Source: Dicyema japonicum
Lineage: Eukaryota; Animalia; Dicyemida
Assembly: GCA_011109175.1 (NCBI GenBank)
Contig: RDEW01000029.1
Coordinates: forward strand, 774,052 to 838,051
DNA length: 64,000 bases
Reading direction: 5' to 3'
Shown here: piece by piece, positions 61,845 through 64,000 of the stretch
Layout: every line of letters begins with the position of its first letter
How positions within the stretch are numbered: position 1 is the first letter of the stretch
The notes under the pieces: model-generated
What the model saw: only the letters and a program-made list of their open reading frames with translations
Told to the model about the DNA's origin: nothing
Database searches by the model: none
Translations under genes and position numbers: made by a program

Positions 61845-62282
61845 TGGTTTTTTTCTACATACACGAGCATATATTTGCTCCCTTCTTAAATAATTTGCGA
61901 TGGATCTTTTACCGACTGTTCTTCCGGTTATTTTACGGAGATCATTCCTTAAGCAATCAGCTGTTTTTTGGGGGTCCTCTTTAACCAGGTTGAGTAAAAT
62001 AAGGATATCGTCCTTATTAAGAATTTTTGGTCTCCCCGAACCTTTCATTCTTTCAGTCGTACCATATTTAATGAATTTTCGGATGAAGTCAGCGATAGTT
62101 GATTGCGGGATATTAAGCTCGTCAGATATTTTTTTAGTGGTCCAATTTAACGCATTCAAGCTTAGAATCTTTCCTTTTGTTATTATATCAAGCATTCGTA
62201 ATTTTATCGAGCGTTAAAATTCTAAAAAAAGTAAAAAATCTCACACTCACCAGAATAAACGGTTTTTTATTGCGCTCGTGTA
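61845..62282 (-). mobile_element. Tc1-like transposase N-terminus and left end
   Basis: Paired-like HTH ...IPQSTIADFIRKF...GSGRPKIL...RVCRKKP; TA followed by cacgagcgcaataaaaaacc. Confidence 0.8.
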
Positions 62283-62479
62283 ATTAAAATTTTTAATTTA
62301 GACATATAACACAATACAAAAAAAATATAACAAAATTGATTTAGGGTTAATTTAATGATCCCTTTCGATATCGACAAAGAAAAATCACGGTTATCTTTGC
62401 AAAATATGCCGTATTTAAAAAAACGGTTTTTTTTTGCACCTAGTGTATTTATTTACAAGGAAAAACCGAAAAAAGAGAG

Positions 62480-62929
62480 AGAGAAATTAATGAGACAAAG
62501 TATGCCTCTTCTGCGTTGTTCCCTCTTTTTTATGGTTAATTTCAGAATCGAGAGGCAAATGCTCTCTCAAGAACACTTCCAATCTTTTCCGTTGCGTCGT
62601 CCATTTCCTGAGGGATGGGTTGGTCCAGCTGGAGCCCATTTGCCAATTTGATGGCATATCGTCTCGTCTTTTCGAGCTTAGCGATAATGCCATTCCTTTC
62701 GGAAGTGGGGTACCATCCTGCGAACCCGTAGATAAGCACTGGTTTGACGCACGTTTTATAAACAAATAAAAACGTTTCCGGACTAAGGTGAAAGTGGATT
62801 ATGCTCCTGAGGATTTGAGCGCATTTCGTCCTCCTCGAATCGATGTATCTGAAGTAAGAACCCTTGGCTCCAACTTCAACCCCAAGGTATTTTAGGTTCT
62901 CAGTTACTGTAAACCCATGGAGGTTTCTC
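62480..62929 (-). mobile_element. jockey-like LINE 3' fragment
   Basis: LKYLGV...VYKTCVKPVLIYG..GW, similar to 23370-23620. Confidence 0.7.
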
Positions 62930-63299
62930 NGAAGCACAATAACTAATCATTCGTTAGTTCAATTCTCCCTGGTAGTCACTTGGTCGAAGATTATCTATGT
63001 CCTTTCTGATTTTTTTGGTTCAATTAGCGTGCTGTCTCCTTATTCAGTAGTGCCGAAGATGCGGCTGCAAAAAGATTATTTTTTCCCCCATTACTTAGCA
63101 TTCATTAGATCAGGGATTCCCAACCTTCATAGAGCTCGTACCCCGAGAACGTTTTCAATTTATATTATTATTTTTATTTCCCATAAGTTTGCTAATCTAT
63201 AAAAAATAAAAAAATTAACATTCTAATGCAATATCTTTAAATTAACTAAACTAAGGAGAACAAAAGTAAATAAGTAAATTATTATAAACAAAAGTAAAC

Positions 63300-63910
63300 A
63301 ATTAATTGATTTTTAATGATTTTGTCGAATATGGGATTTTGTTGCTAATCGCAATACGAATGTCATGTTCTGGATTCGAGCGATTTCTATATTTATTTTT
63401 AATTGTGATAGTTTTAACAGCTATTACATAACGATAAAGAAAACAGTGTGTAATCCGTATATTTGAGATTTCATTCTTCAATAACCCAGCAAAACAAAAC
63501 TTATTTCCAAGCATTGCTGACCGTCTAATCAGAGCCTATAGTCTTGATATCCAAATCATTCTTCATAAAAAAAACTCTTTAACAATGTTAAATAAATCTG
63601 TTCCTTTTCTGGTCTTTTTCAATTTTTTACAAAACAACAAATCTTCTTTTAACTACCTTCATGGAAATACCTCACTAGTACAATAAGTTGACTACAATTA
63701 GAGACATCAGTTAATTTGTCCAACTGAAAAGATATACGGAAATGAATTGACTCGATCTCTGTAATAATTTGCGACAAAATGTCATGACTTAACTCACATA
63801 TTTTTCTGTGAATTAGATTATTGGATAGCGGAACTGATTCAATTTTTTGTCTTTCCTCTGTTCCAAGTATTATTGAGAGCATTTCCAATGCACATGGTTT
63901 TATCAAATCT
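63300..63910 (-). mobile_element. Buster transposase remnant
   Basis: IKPCALE...VPLSNN...SFQLDKLTDVSNCSQL; THCFLYR; KNKYRNR...EHDIRIAIS. Confidence 0.85.
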
Positions 63911-64000
63911 TTAATTCAGGAATTGTTTTCTTATTAAAAAATTCAGGAATTGAGTGACATTTGATAAGTTAATTACACAATTTGCATGAATATATTTAGA

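Overview
AT-rich eukaryotic, very probably animal, scaffold segment. It contains 13 single-N joins and many ~90-165 bp tandem duplications, so long-range adjacency is unreliable. Most of the window is decayed mobile DNA: CRE-clade RT+RLE non-LTR elements, RTE-like and jockey/I-like APE-RT LINEs, tRNA-derived SINEs, Buster and other hAT elements, pogo/Tigger, Tc1 and IS630-like elements, Ginger-type integrases, and nested MITEs. The host genes are split by tiny introns (about 22-33 nt, two of them GC-AG), which the ORF track misses. They are GCNA/ACRC (SprT+HMG), a C-type lectin/mucin/TM surface protein, EndoG/EXOG-like fragments, a multi-pass membrane protein, a disabled Rad6/UBE2A copy, RSPH4/6 and the 3' part of ARP4/ACTL6. 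Intron size, a ciliary gene and the metazoan TE set fit a dicyemid-like compact genome (inference only). The most notable observations are: (1) four unrelated transposase/integrase types carry host-style tiny introns; (2) three CRE-clade copies have an N-terminal PHD finger; (3) a modular SINE group mixes two tRNA-like heads, a shared core and several LINE-like 3' stem-loop tails that conserve structure rather than sequence.
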